From Octopus vulgaris (lineage: Eukaryota), in the NCBI GenBank assembly GCA_951406725.2, contig OX597842.1, forward strand, positions 28,024,001-28,088,000: 64,000 bases of DNA. Direction: 5' to 3'. The translations under genes were made by a program, and so were the position numbers. The notes beneath the pieces were generated by a model. That model saw only the letters and a list, made by a program, of their open reading frames with translations. It was not told where the DNA came from and did no database searches. Position 1 is the first letter of the stretch, and each line of letters starts with the position of its first letter. This document shows, piece after piece, positions 25,901 to 36,847 of this stretch.

Positions 25901-26998
25901 TCATATACATAAAACACAAACCAACATACATATCATTATACACACACACACACATATATATATATATTCGCTGACCTGTAAATTGTTATTTTCTTTGCTA
26001 TTTAACAGGACTTTGACTACATCTTCATAGTTATTCATCACAGCCCAATGTAGAGGTGTGTAGCCCCCTGAGTTCTGCTTATTAACATTTGCTCCACTGG
26101 AGACTAAGAAGGCCACAGAATCCGTTCGGTGGCTGAAAGGAAGAAAAACAAACATAAAACATCACATTCACTTAATAATTACATTAAATATACACTCGTG
26201 TTCCATTAAATGCATAAAAACCTATGTATACTACAGCCTCGTGTGTGTATATATATATATATATGTGCAAATATGTATTATGTAAAGGCAAACCTACACA
26301 AATGTGCCCCAGGCGAATGTTTCCTTGTAACTTCTAGAAAAATGGATGTTTTTCAATGAAATTTCTTTCACAAATATCCTTCAGATGGCAAATATTCCAA
26401 TTATATCGGAATTTGTTGTGAGAAAAACCTTTTCGGTGGGTGGAGAGAGAAATTTAGGAAAGTTCACCCGAGTCGGCTTTCTTTCCAAAAAAATAGATAT
26501 TTTCAAATGAAATTTTCAATAAAACCGTTTCAGATGGTGAAGATTTCGATTATATCGGAATTTAATATGAAGAAAATTATAAAAATTGGTGGATTCGCAC
26601 AGATATACACTGACACAAAACAGAAAATAAAAAGATGAACTTTGGGAAAATAACCGTGATGTGTGTCAGTATGTATGTGTGCGAAACCATCAAATTTTTA
26701 AAGTTTTTTCATGTTAAATTCCGATATAATCCTAATCTACACCATTTGAAAGGGATTTGTAGAAATTTTCACAGAAACAAAATATCCACTTTTCTGAAAG
26801 TTATAGAAAAACAAAACGGATTTGGGTGAATTTTGAGAAAGTCAACTCCTCAACGTTTGAAAATTTGTTTTTACAACAATTTCCGATATAATTGGAATCT
26901 TCATCATCTGAAGCATTTTTGTCAAAGAAATTTCATTAAAAAATATCCATTTGTCTCAAAGTTATAAGGAAACAAATTCGTCGTGGGGCCCATATGGA

Positions 26999-27067
<69 letters not shown>

Positions 27068-27717
27068 GTACATTATATATCACCGGTATATATCGCTAGT
27101 TGAAATGTCAAAGTCAATAATATTATATAGGTGTATATGTGTATATATATATATATTTATATATATATATGCATGTATGTGTATGTATGTATATATATAT
27201 GTATGTATATAGAGAGACAGACAGACAGAGAAATATGAGCCACTGAAATACGTATAATCGTTAATACACAGTAGACAAATGTGTACGTGTGTGTGTATAC
27301 ACATATTAATAGGTGAGGGTATAAAGTATAAATATTTTTATCCCAGCGAGTGTACAATACAAAACAAGGATTAAGTACCGTTGTTAGTATCTATATATTA
27401 GGTATACATTGAAAAATGTATTGTAATCCTTTTGCGAAAGATGGAATGTCTGAAAATTATAGACAAACTAATTGATAGCAGATTTCTCATCAATCTAAAA
27501 AAACAACAACAACAGCAGCACGTCGTAATTGGCGGGAAAACTACGTCTGCAAATGTAATGTTGTCATAGCAACAGACTATGCAAGAGAAAGTTTGTTGTT
27601 AAGGGCAACGAGGCGTATTTTTACCGCCAAAAGAAACAGTAAAGTATGGCGGTCATATAACACACATAAATGAATATATAAACACACAAATATTTATTAT
27701 ATATGTGTGTGTGTGTG

Positions 27718-27748
<31 letters not shown>

Positions 27749-27845
27749 ATATATATGTGTGTGTGTGTATATATATATGTGTGTGTGTGTGTGTGTATAT
27801 ATATGTGTGTGTGTGTGTGTATATATATATGTGTGTGTGTGTCTG

Positions 27846-27876
<31 letters not shown>

Positions 27877-30800
27877 TTATAAGTTAAACTCCAGTGTTTG
27901 ACTCGAGCAAAAAAAATTGTGCAATAGGTGTAAAATAAAATATAAAAAGAATAAGTAAAAAAAAAAATACGTTGGCGAACGAGGGGCGGTGGAGACGACT
28001 CGGAAAATTCACACGATCAATCTCACAGGATCCGAAAACTACATGTTGTTTTACACCTGTTACACTTTTTGTTTTCATTTTTGGGACCGGTTGTCGAGTG
28101 GGGTTACCGGATCGTGTGAATCATCCGAGTCTGCACCCAACCCACCCGCCCTGTCACAAAACTTGAACAAAAGTAGAGTACCGGGTGTAAAATAATGTGT
28201 AAAAAACGAAAATGAAGAACAAAAAATTCGCCGACGAACGGGGAAGTGGTGAGATTTGAATTTTCCGAGTCGTCTCCCCACCTCCCGTTCGCCATATTTT
28301 TTTTTCATATTCGTTTACTACATGTTGTTTCACACCTATTGCACTATTTTTTCCTTTTTTCTTTGCTTGGGCCAAACACTAGATTTTAACCTAGTGTTTC
28401 CCTCCTCTGTCTTCTCCATCTGAAGGAGCCATGTCCCTCTTCTAATGCAAGACACCTTTCTCTCCAGCAATATTAGCTCCCCCACCTCACCACCTCAACC
28501 AGTCGAGAGGTCTTTGTCTTGCAATTAACTGGTGACCTCACTGGTTCGGATGGCATGTAAAAGGCATCCAGTACACTCTGCAAAGTGGTTGGTGTTAGGA
28601 AGGTCGTCCAGCCATAGAAACCAAACCTAAGCAGACAGTAGCGTTTGGTGTGATCTTCTGACTTGTCTGTTCCTATCAAACCCTCCTACCCATGCCAGCA
28701 TGGAAAAGGAACATTCGATGACAATGATGGTGTGTGTGTGTTTGTGTGTTTGTGCAAAATTCTGGAACAATTTGTGACTGCAGAAGCTATAGAAACTAAT
28801 AAGAACTTCAAAACATGTTTTATTGTCCAGAGATGACCTTATGAAGCACAATTCAAAATATAATAGATCTCAAAATGTGTTGAGTGAGTTGCAGATGGAG
28901 GTGAGAAATAATTTCTGTAAGAAATTTACAGATTATTTACTGTCAAAACAAGCTAGAGAATCTTTCTTGTTGCTTTAGATCTCAAATAACATTTTCTTTG
29001 GAGAAAAATTGATCGATCTCCCCATAATCAATATGAAGAGAAGACACTGAATCAGAATGGGTCAATCTTAAGAACTGTTGGCTCTCAAAGAATATCTCCA
29101 TACTTTGTTATATATATACTGATATGTATGCATGTATGTATGTATAGGATGACTCACGAGTCATCTTCGTAGTCATAAAGCGAGACAGATGAGTGACAAC
29201 CTGGCCACTGGTGGTGGTGTAACGCACCATACTAATCATATCTGTTTTGACAAAAAATAACGAAAAAGATTTTTGTGATTCAATGAAGAGGATTCATGGA
29301 GAAAATGAGAAAAAGATGTTATTTGGTTACTACTATCATGTTGTTATCGTGTCACACTGCCTCTATTATGGTATCTTTGGATATTCAAATAGTCTGGAAT
29401 TGCAAAAAATTTCAAAACAAAAGCAGATCTGAAGATTTTAATTAATTCAAGCCTTACCTTTCCACAGCATAATACAATGCCGTCTGACCTTCTTCGTCAC
29501 TCATGTCTATATTGGCTCCAGATTCTATCAAGAAGGCTATTAGACTTGTGCTGCCCTGTTCACAAGCTGCCATTAAGAAAGTTTTACTGTCTGAACTTCT
29601 TTGGTTGACCTGAAGAGAAGAAAGAGAAGATATATAAAATATATCAAAGGAGAGAGAGAGAGAGAGAGAGAGGAGGGAAGAATAGAGAGAGAGAGAAAGA
29701 AGAGAAGAGAGAGTAAAGAAGATGCTGGAGTGAAAGAAAGGGATATGAAAGATGAAGAAAGAAAGATACACACACACACACACACACACACCAGTGTGCA
29801 ACATGAAATAAAATGTCTTGTTGAAGAATACAACACACAGCCCAGACTGGGAATCAAACTCACTATCTCCTGATTGTGAACCTGTTGCCCTAACCATTGA
29901 GTCATGCGCCTTCATATACATATACACACATACACACACACATGTATGTATGTAAGGGTGGAGGAACTCTTGAGAGTCAACAGCCTTCCAATAAATGTCT
30001 TAAGGCTGTATCATGCATGGGAACATAGAAATAATTGGACTGAATACCCGATCGCGCAGTTAAACCATTGGGAGTGAAGGACTCCTAGCCTTTGTTTGGG
30101 CATCCTTCTAGGCGAAGGTAACTCAGGTAACTGGGATAACTCCGGCATAAAACCTGCAGCTCAGTGGTTGCCGATGATGTTGACTTGTTCTTCTTTCCGG
30201 ATTATGACTGCTGTTGCTTAGTGAGTGGGATTGACTCAGTGCACAGCCTTTCCTCACTTTAAAAAAATCTTCTTGCACAGGCATTGCATGATAACAACAT
30301 TGATTAAGCTTCGTACAATGGCCATACTCGATAACGAGGGAGCAGCCACCATATATATGTATGTATGTATAGTTCCAGTCATTCAAGTCCCACCACTGGT
30401 CTAAGTAGAGTAAAGCTACAACTTCAAATTCTCACAAACATTTAACTTAGACATTGTTACCTAATTAGATTACTATATCCATACTTTGTTATATATATGC
30501 TGATATGTATACATGTATGTATGTATAGGATGACTCACGCGTCATCTTCATAGTCATAAAGCGAGACAGATGAGTGACAACCTGGCCACTGGTGGTGGTG
30601 TAACACACCATACTAATCATATCTGTCGGGCATGTGGAAGAGAGTGTAATTCGGCAGGAGGACTTAAACGACATGCAAAGGTACATGAAGCCCAGTTACA
30701 ACTACAGCCGGCTATTACCAGTAAAGGTCTTAGTTGCCAATTTTGTACAAGACATTGTAGATCTTTAGCTGGGCTAAAAAGTCACATTCGATCACAGCAT

Positions 30801-33661
30801 CAATAACAGTTAAGCTCCGTGCAATGGCCATACTCGATAACGAGGGGGTTAGCCATCATGTATAGGTTATGTCTCCAATCTGGTATGCTCATTTTGTCCA
30901 GAATGCCAATCTACTGGAAGCTGTCCATAGATGTACAACCATGCAATTAGCCTCACTCAATCACTTATCATTTCTTAAATGTATTGCTTCTCCATGCATC
31001 AACACAGAATTTTGTCATTTCTAGCAACTCACTTGATCCCACAAGATTATCCCTCATCTTCCAATAACAACTTTGACCACTTCTGCAATTTAATATCTTT
31101 ACCACTCTGAGACATGCTTATAAAGTAAAAAAAAACACCCATCCCAGTTTCCATGATATCAGAAACAATATTTTTATGCTCAGAATTGTCAAGGCATGGA
31201 ATAAACTATCTACATTGGTTGTTAGCTGTATCCTTCAAAAACACCACACTTTCTGTAATTCAGAAACACAGGTTCCTATGCACCCTTTCCTTTTTGTGGT
31301 TCTTTTACTGCTCCCTTTTCTGTCTTTCAGTGTTCTATCCCGTGAACGATGGCATGCACTTTAGATGGTCATTAGTGTCTTTCTTTACATGACTTGTGCT
31401 TCCTGTCCTTTCATAGAAGTGGACAGAGCAATATCGAAGGAAATCAGTACAAATATACCATTTCATGGTAGATGGAAGAGTCTTTCTTATGAAACATAAG
31501 ATGTCTGTCTTAGGGAAAAAAAATCAGTTGAGAAAATCTACCAGTTTATTACTGGTATGTATGATATCAATTATGAATTGAAGAGAACACTGACAAGATT
31601 TCAAACTTGGTACCTTACAGGAGACACACAGGTAAATAAGAGAAACCATCTACACTAACCAACAGCAGAGATTAGACCATAAGATGGTGTATAAAGTAAT
31701 TGGACAGGTGAAGAGCTATAAAGGGTCAAAACCTCGGAAATAATTGTGTGGATTCTAAATATATCAGACTGGATTTTAGTTTAGTATTCCCTGGTAAAGC
31801 TCATGAAATTCTACACTGTGTTATCACTGATGCCTGGCATAGTAGCACTTTCATTTAATGCTATAATGATGAAGGAGATTTAAATGATGGTGAGAGAAGA
31901 AGAGGATGTTTGAAATGAAGCATGGATCTTCAGATGTCATATGTCTGGCGAAACAGCAACATGAGATCAGCTTGGAAAAGAATGAAAGCAAATCTACAGG
32001 AAAGGTGTAGAGCACAGGTAAATCAAGGTGAAAAAGGCTTAGAAAGACTGTTTAGTTCATGCATAAGCTCAAGGAAAAGATTGAAAATCCTTTTACGTTA
32101 ATCACTGAATCTATTACAAAGTAATTATTTGTGATTAGATATCTGCGACAACTTTGGAACGACACCAACCACAACTAAATATGTGCAACTATGGAAAAGG
32201 AGGAGACAGAAATGAAAAGAAACAATGGAGAAAATAAGAAATATTCTGAAAGTAGGGATCAGAATTTTGAGCCTAAATGAGGCAGCAGCAGTGTCAGGGC
32301 TTACATTAGTTTGTAGCCATACGATATGTAAGAAGGTGTGAGTGGTTCATACACAACTGTATTACACCTGTACAAAAAAACACTATTGACTTCACCTTGA
32401 GGAAAACACCTACCCTCACTAAACTGGCAGACATTCACCCACCATTGAAATACATGTATGATGGTCATCAAGAAATTAAAGGATGTTTTTTCTGCATTTC
32501 ACCATTTGTCAGCTGGCTTCCCTCCCAAATTAAAAGCCACATTTTCTGGTCTCTTACCTAGAGTATCTCTATAGATTTTACAGAATCATTCCACCCACCA
32601 CTCCCTAACCATGATGGTTCTATACCAGTGCTTCTTAAACTTTTCAATTATGGCCCTTTTTTATTTACTAAGAGTTTTTCAATGCCCCTTTTCTTGCTAT
32701 GATTCAATATCTCTGATTTTTAATGTTCTCACAGGTCAGATTAATTTACCTTTGGGTCCTAGTCTTGACATGGGTGACTACTTACCACAGCACCACTCCA
32801 CAATAAATGAACATTTGATGCATCACCACTTCACTTTAGTTTCTGATCCAAACTCAACTACACATTGAGTTTTATATATTTGTACGACCATAGCCGCCTT
32901 GGCTCCCTGGTCCTTATAAAATTCTTTGCAATCCCTACCCAAGGGTAGCATTACTCTCTTAGAGAAGCCCTGTTTTATAATTCTTGCTGATAGTGTCCTA
33001 TCTGCTGACTACCAGCCAGTCATTCTAACTTCCAATATTTCAATTATGAAGTAAAAAGTCATAAACAACCATCATCTTTGTCCCTTTGGGTATCTTTCTC
33101 TATTCAATGAGCCCCAGTACAGTTCCATAAAGCCGGTTCAAGCAGGGGTCTGATTCCTATGTGACTCCCCAGTGTTTTGGTTATGTTTGACAACTTCTGC
33201 AAAAGAAATACTGTAGCCCTTGACGTCGGTAAAACCTTCAACTGTGTATGGCAAGAGAATTTCTTGACAAAGTCATCATTTATCTATTGGGTCCATCTTT
33301 CCCCCATCTCTTGGACAGAATATTTCCTGCCAGAATACTCCATTGTAGTGTGTAAGGATGGGTTTCTCTCTCACTCACATTCCATCAATTCTGGCATGCC
33401 TCATTGTCTGGTTGAATATTTATAAAAAGTGACAATGATGAGGATTAGAGGAAAGAGGTAAAGAAAGAAATGAAATATTATGGACAAATATATCTGGTTA
33501 TTTAGGAACATTTAATATTGTGTATAAAATAATAAACAAACATTTAACATTGAAGAAGCAATATAAAGTAAACTTACTTTATCATGATTTTCTTTGATAA
33601 ATCGTTTCACATCTTTAAAGTCCCCATTCCGAATCTTGCTTATAATTTTATCTACATCCAT
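9669..33661 (-). CDS. Spliced gene: MIB2-like ankyrin repeats + C3HC4 RING + death domain (406 aa if one duplicated ankyrin cassette is skipped)
   Basis: Ten exons with GT-AG boundaries and compatible phases: 33661-33578, 29609-29458, 26132-25976, 25525-25148 (damaged), 23104-22948, 22495-22137, 16906-16767, 15508-15458, 13662-13591, 9874-9669. 84+152+157+359+140+51+72+206 = 1221 nt. Confidence 0.8.
11725..12600 (+). mobile_element. RTE LINE 3' fragment with (GAT)n tail
   Basis: MLHGSETWAMTAEDMRRLDRNE.. with stops; family 3' end ggcattaggaagggcatccagc..ccatgccagcatgg..gatgatgat. Confidence 0.85.
13591..13662 (-). CDS. Exon 9: death domain N-terminus
   Basis: tatttcag|AT TCT...CTT G|gtgagt, 72 nt, phase 1-1. 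(D)SEMVEQIHLHWVSQKLAGKWQPL(G) supplies the W-x-x-L-G death-domain motif. Confidence 0.85.
15458..15508 (-). CDS. Exon 8: 17-codon linker between RING and death domain
   Basis: tatttcag|AA TGT...GTT G|gtgagt, 51 nt, phase 1-1, open: (E)CPKSEEKAVKTVAESV. Confidence 0.65.
16767..16906 (-). CDS. Exon 7: C3HC4 (MIB/IAP-type) RING finger
   Basis: ttccacag|A TGT...GTT G|gtaag. CMLC-x10-PCAHTVLCEDC..RFPKCKTCI. Phase 2-1. Confidence 0.85.
17500..19830 (+). mobile_element. Heavily degraded CR1-type LINE
   Basis: Remnant motifs VDYHPVSLT, INFTKVFNSMP, GRPTRNYSW (GVPQGS-like), PIWNPH, QRRTTR and the 3' end seen at 6895-7330. Confidence 0.55.
19395..21127. repeat. Recent local duplication (19395-19928 vs 20336-20874; 20101-20145 vs 21083-21127)
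   Basis: ~535 bp near-identical direct repeat starting tattcagagaagaacaacaaggcaa, plus a 45-bp block repeated ~980 bp apart. Confidence 0.9.
22137..22495 (-). CDS. Exon 6: ~3.5 ankyrin repeats (34-aa units)
   Basis: tttttag|GTT AAT...CAA AA|gtaagt, 359 nt. GWTALHFAC, WTGLHFAS, GSTPLHLAS and GDTPLHLAV motifs. Confidence 0.9.
22948..23104 (-). CDS. Exon 5: ankyrin repeat exon (cassette copy 2)
   Basis: ctttcag|C CAC...CAG|gtcagc, 157 nt. HETDVVAFLVSSGANVNKQDSWGDTPLHLAVANNYEDVVKVLL. Confidence 0.88.
25148..25525 (-). pseudogene. Exon 4: frameshifted/scrambled duplicate of exon 6 (or assembly-damaged)
   Basis: Same splice sites as exon 6 but 378 nt (should be 3n+2). A 2-nt deletion after GCC TGT CGC gives an early TGA; the middle is rearranged; the 3' half is intact ankyrin. 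Confidence 0.7.
25976..26132 (-). CDS. Exon 3: ankyrin repeat exon (cassette copy 1)
   Basis: 157 nt, phase 2-0. HRTDSVAFLVSSGANVNKQNSGGYTPLHWAVMNNYEDVVKVLL. Confidence 0.85.
26300..26997. mobile_element. MITE with long imperfect TIRs (truncated duplicate at about 23320-23772)
   Basis: gccccaggcgaatgtttccttgtaactt..attccaattatatcggaa vs ttccgatataattggaat..aagttataaggaaacaaattcgtcgtggggc. Confidence 0.75.
27529..27652. promoter_or_regulatory. Cluster of E2F, RFX X-box and YY1-like motifs in intron 2
   Basis: TTGGCGGGAAAA 27529-27540; GTTGTCATAGCAAC 27560-27573; GTTGTTAAGGGCAAC 27595-27609; TTTTACCGCCAAAA 27619-27632; ATGGCGG 27646-27652. Confidence 0.5.
27883..28390. mobile_element. Foldback/MITE-like inverted-repeat element
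   Basis: gttaaa..agtgtttg..tgcaataggtgt..gagacgactcggaaaattc vs gaattttccgagtcgtctc..acacctattgca..caaacact..tttaac. Confidence 0.75.
29458..29609 (-). CDS. Exon 2: ankyrin repeats resembling the first MIB2 repeats
   Basis: ctcttcag|GTC...GAA AG|gtaag, 152 nt. VNQRSSDSKTFLMAACEQG..IAFLIESGANIDMSDEEGQTALYYAVE. Confidence 0.88.
30530..30860 (+). mobile_element. 3' end of an RTE-like LINE encoding two C2H2-like fingers
   Basis: CRACGRECNSAGGLKRHAKVH and CQFCTRHCRSLAGLKSHIRSQH*. The 3' motif caatggccatactcgataacgaggg recurs at about 30316. Confidence 0.55.
33578..33661 (-). CDS. First coding exon (N-cap ankyrin-like helix pair)
   Basis: caaaag|AC ATG GAT GTA...GAT AAA|gtaagt. MDVDKIISKIRNGDFKDVKRFIKENHDK; phase 0 matches exon 2. 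Confidence 0.75.
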
Positions 33662-33885
33662 GTCTTTTGAATAAAAAGGAAAATAAGATAGTTTTTAAAA
33701 ACTTATAAAATGAGGTAAAGAGCAATTTAAAGAAATATTAAAAACTTCAGCTTATCTCAACAATTATTTATAGCTGAATGTTCTTCTTGACACTAATAAA
33801 CCTAACAACAGTCATTGTGTTGCATCTTTTGGTTTGCTACATTGCTCTGCTTATCACAGTCTCATTGGTCACACACACACACACA

Positions 33886-33938
<53 letters not shown>

Positions 33939-34075
33939 GCACACACACACACACATACCACCACACACACACACACACACACACAGAAGCACACACAAAC
34001 AAGCACACACGCACATACCAGCACACACACACACATACAAGCACACACACAGAAGCACACACACGCATACACACA

Positions 34076-34124
<49 letters not shown>

Positions 34125-34435
34125 GCACACACACACAAGCGTGTGTGTGTTTACATTTGTTGTCTCTGGCAATTTCTTAGCTTTCGGTGATTAGATTGTT
34201 ATCACTTCTCCCGTTGACGAATAGACCATTGGAATAAGAGATCCCCTACTTGAGCAACAGGTAAGGATTAAGGACATGAAGGGGATCCAGAAATAAAAAA
34301 GGCATCAAATACATATTCATCTAACCCATGCTAGCATGGAAAACAGACGTAAAAATGACTACCATACATGCATATGCAAACATATGTACATCTATGTATA
34401 TGTATACGTGTGTTTGTGTGCGCATGTGTGTGTAA

Positions 34436-34695
34436 AGGCATGTGGCCTAGTGGTTAGGGTGTTGCACTCACAGTGGCTAGATTGTGGGTTCAATTCCCAT
34501 ACTGAGCAGTACCTTGTATTCTTGAGCAAAACACCTCATTTCACTTTGCTGCAGTCCACTCAGCTGTAAATGGATCACCCTCCAAGAGACTTGTGTTGTG
34601 ATTAGGGGGAACACTTACTGGCCTGCTTGAAAGATGAAATGATGCAAAGCACATTGTGACCAGGGATGTGTAACAGCATTTGATAGTCTGGTCAA
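34436..34695 (+). mobile_element. tRNA-derived SINE (diverged)
   Basis: A box TGGCCTAGTGG and B box GGTTCAATTCC; 3' cattgtgaccag..gtgtaaca..tggtc shared with the 40230 copy. Confidence 0.75.
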
Positions 34696-35373
34696 CACAC
34701 ACGTCTATATACGCGCATACCCGCACGTCTATATACGTACACTCACATGCGCGCACAATAAACGGTTCATACACACGTCTATATACACACATGTACAAGA
34801 AAAAACACGGCTAAAGGCAAAATACAGGAAAATGTGTTAAAAAATATGTAAAAAGACAATGAGTAAAACACGTCCTATATACGCACATGCACGCACACAC
34901 GTCTATATACGCCTGTATCCGCACACATGCACACATCCATACGCGCGCACAAAAGATTCCATATACACGTCTATATACGCAAAGGGAAAATGCAGGGTGG
35001 AAGGTAGAATAGAGAAAAAATATGTGTAAAAAATATATGAGCAATAAACCTATAAAACAATATCTCTATAAATATGTAAAAAATATATATAGATATATAT
35101 ATATAAAAAATATAAAGAAATATAAGTAAAAAGTATAGAGAGATAAAAAGTTTGTACGTGGACACACGTGCATGCGAGTATGTGTGTATATAGACGTGTT
35201 TTAGTCTTTGTCGTTTTTACACACTTTTTGCCCATTTTCCTCTATTTTGCCTTCAGCCGTTTTTTCTTGTACATGTGCGTATATAGATGTGTGTATGAAC
35301 CTTTTTGTGTGTGTGTGTGCGTGCGTATAGAGACATGTTTTACTTTTATTACATATTTTTTTATATGTATTTT

Positions 35374-35826
35374 GGATCTTTTCCTTTTGAACGGCACATG
35401 TCAACACAATATCACATTTTCTTGTCAAATGAAAATGTCACCCATAATTATAACCCTAGTATCAATCTATTGCATTTCAATCTATTTTAGGGTTAGGTTT
35501 AGAATTATGGTTAGGGTTAGGGTTAGGTGTGGGGGGAAGGGTATCTTTTTTTCTTCGCAAATGTAAATAATCCCAATCTGTTTCTTAAAGGAGGGACATA
35601 TTCATACAGCACGGAATGTTTTCACTCCAAATAGACTCCAGCGATTGGTTAAAATTGCCGAAATCCTCGATTTTAAAGAGGAAATATCTTACAAACTATA
35701 GAATTTTCTCAATAAAGCAAAGAAAAAATGATACTTTATAAACACATTCTACCAGTATACGAAGTTTAAAAGTGTTTAGTTAACTAGAAATTGTGTTGCC
35801 ATGTGCCGTTCAAAAGGAAAAGATCC
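35374..35826. mobile_element. GGATCTTT-TIR MITE with 8-bp TSD TGTATTTT and internal TTAGGG repeats, nested in an older palindromic element (about 34700-35900)
   Basis: GGATCTTTTCCTTTTGAACGGCACATG / CATGTGCCGTTCAAAAGGAAAAGATCC termini. TGTATTTT at 35366-35373 and 35827-35834. Confidence 0.9.
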
Positions 35827-35940
35827 TGTATTTTGCCTCTAGCCCTGTTTTTTCTTGTGCATGTGCGTATATAGACATGTGTATGAACCATTTTTGTGCA
35901 CATGTGTGTGCGCGAGCGTGTGTGCTGTGTGTGTGTATGC

Positions 35941-36598
35941 GGCGAGCTGGCGGAACCGTTAGCACGCAGGGCGAAATGCGTAGCCATACTACGTCTGCCG
36001 TTACGTTCTGAGTTCAAATTCCGCTGAGGTCGACTTTGCCTTTCATCCTTTCAGGGTTCGATTAATTAAGTACCAGTTACGCACTGGAGTCTGTCCTTGT
36101 TTGTCCCCTCTGTGTTTATCCCCTTGTGGGTAGTAAAGAAGTATGTATATCATCATCATCATCGTTTAACGTCCGCTTTCCATGCTAGCATGCGTTGGAC
36201 GATTTTGGCTGAGGGCTAGCGAACCAGATGACCGCACCAGGCTCCAATCTTGACCTGGCAGAGTTTCTACAGCTGGATGCCCTTCCTAACGCCAACCACT
36301 CCGAGAGTGTAGTGGGTGCTGTTTATGTGCTACTGGCATGGGGGTCAGTCAGGCGGTACTGGCAATGACGGCGAGCTGGCAGAAACGTTAGCATGCCGGG
36401 CGAAATGCTTAGCGGTATTTCGTCTACAGCTACGTTCTGAGTTCAAATTCTGCCGAGGTCGACTTTGCCTTTCATCCTTTCGGGGTCGATTAATTAAGTA
36501 CCAGTTACGCACTGGGGTCGATGTAATCGACTTAATACCTATGTCTGTCCTTGTTTGTCCCCTCTGTGTTTAGCCCCTTATGGGTAATAAAGAAATAG
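35941..36598 (+). mobile_element. Two copies of a second SINE family (35941-36140, 36370-36598) interleaved with an RTE 3' tail
   Basis: GGCGAGCTGGC.GAA.CGTTAGCA head, GAGTTCAAATTC B box, central gcctttcatcctttc.gggt.cgat..aagtacc domain. Confidence 0.8.
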
Positions 36599-36697
36599 GT
36601 ACTGGCAATGACCTTGCTCAAATCTTTTTACACATGCCACTGGCACAGGTGCCAGTGAGGCGATGTTGGTAACGATCACGCTTGAATGGTGCCCTTT

Positions 36698-36748
<51 letters not shown>

Positions 36749-36847
36749 GACAAGAAATAATTTCTGTCTCCTTTTTATGGAAACAAAGGGTTTATAGGAC
36801 TGCAAAAAAAGAAGTGCTCAAATGCAACTGAGACAGAGATAAAGAAA

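Larger units (their letters stand above)
21157..26752. repeat. ~3.0-kb-period tandem duplication of the two-exon ankyrin cassette (21157-23772 vs 24180-26752)
   Basis: Exon starts 22495 vs 25525 (offset 3030). Introns are near-identical. The downstream copy ends inside a MITE at ccatttgaaagg. Confidence 0.95.

Noticed and set aside
30570-30806. Host C2H2 zinc-finger gene
   Set aside because: No TGEKP linkers or splice context; it is followed by a LINE-type 3' end repeated at about 30316 and partly duplicated at 29098.
9669-33661. Calling the gene mib2, or ankyrin/DAPK
   Set aside because: It lacks MIB-HERC2/ZZ/REP, ZU5 and kinase/ROC domains; the similarity is limited to the ANK and RING modules.
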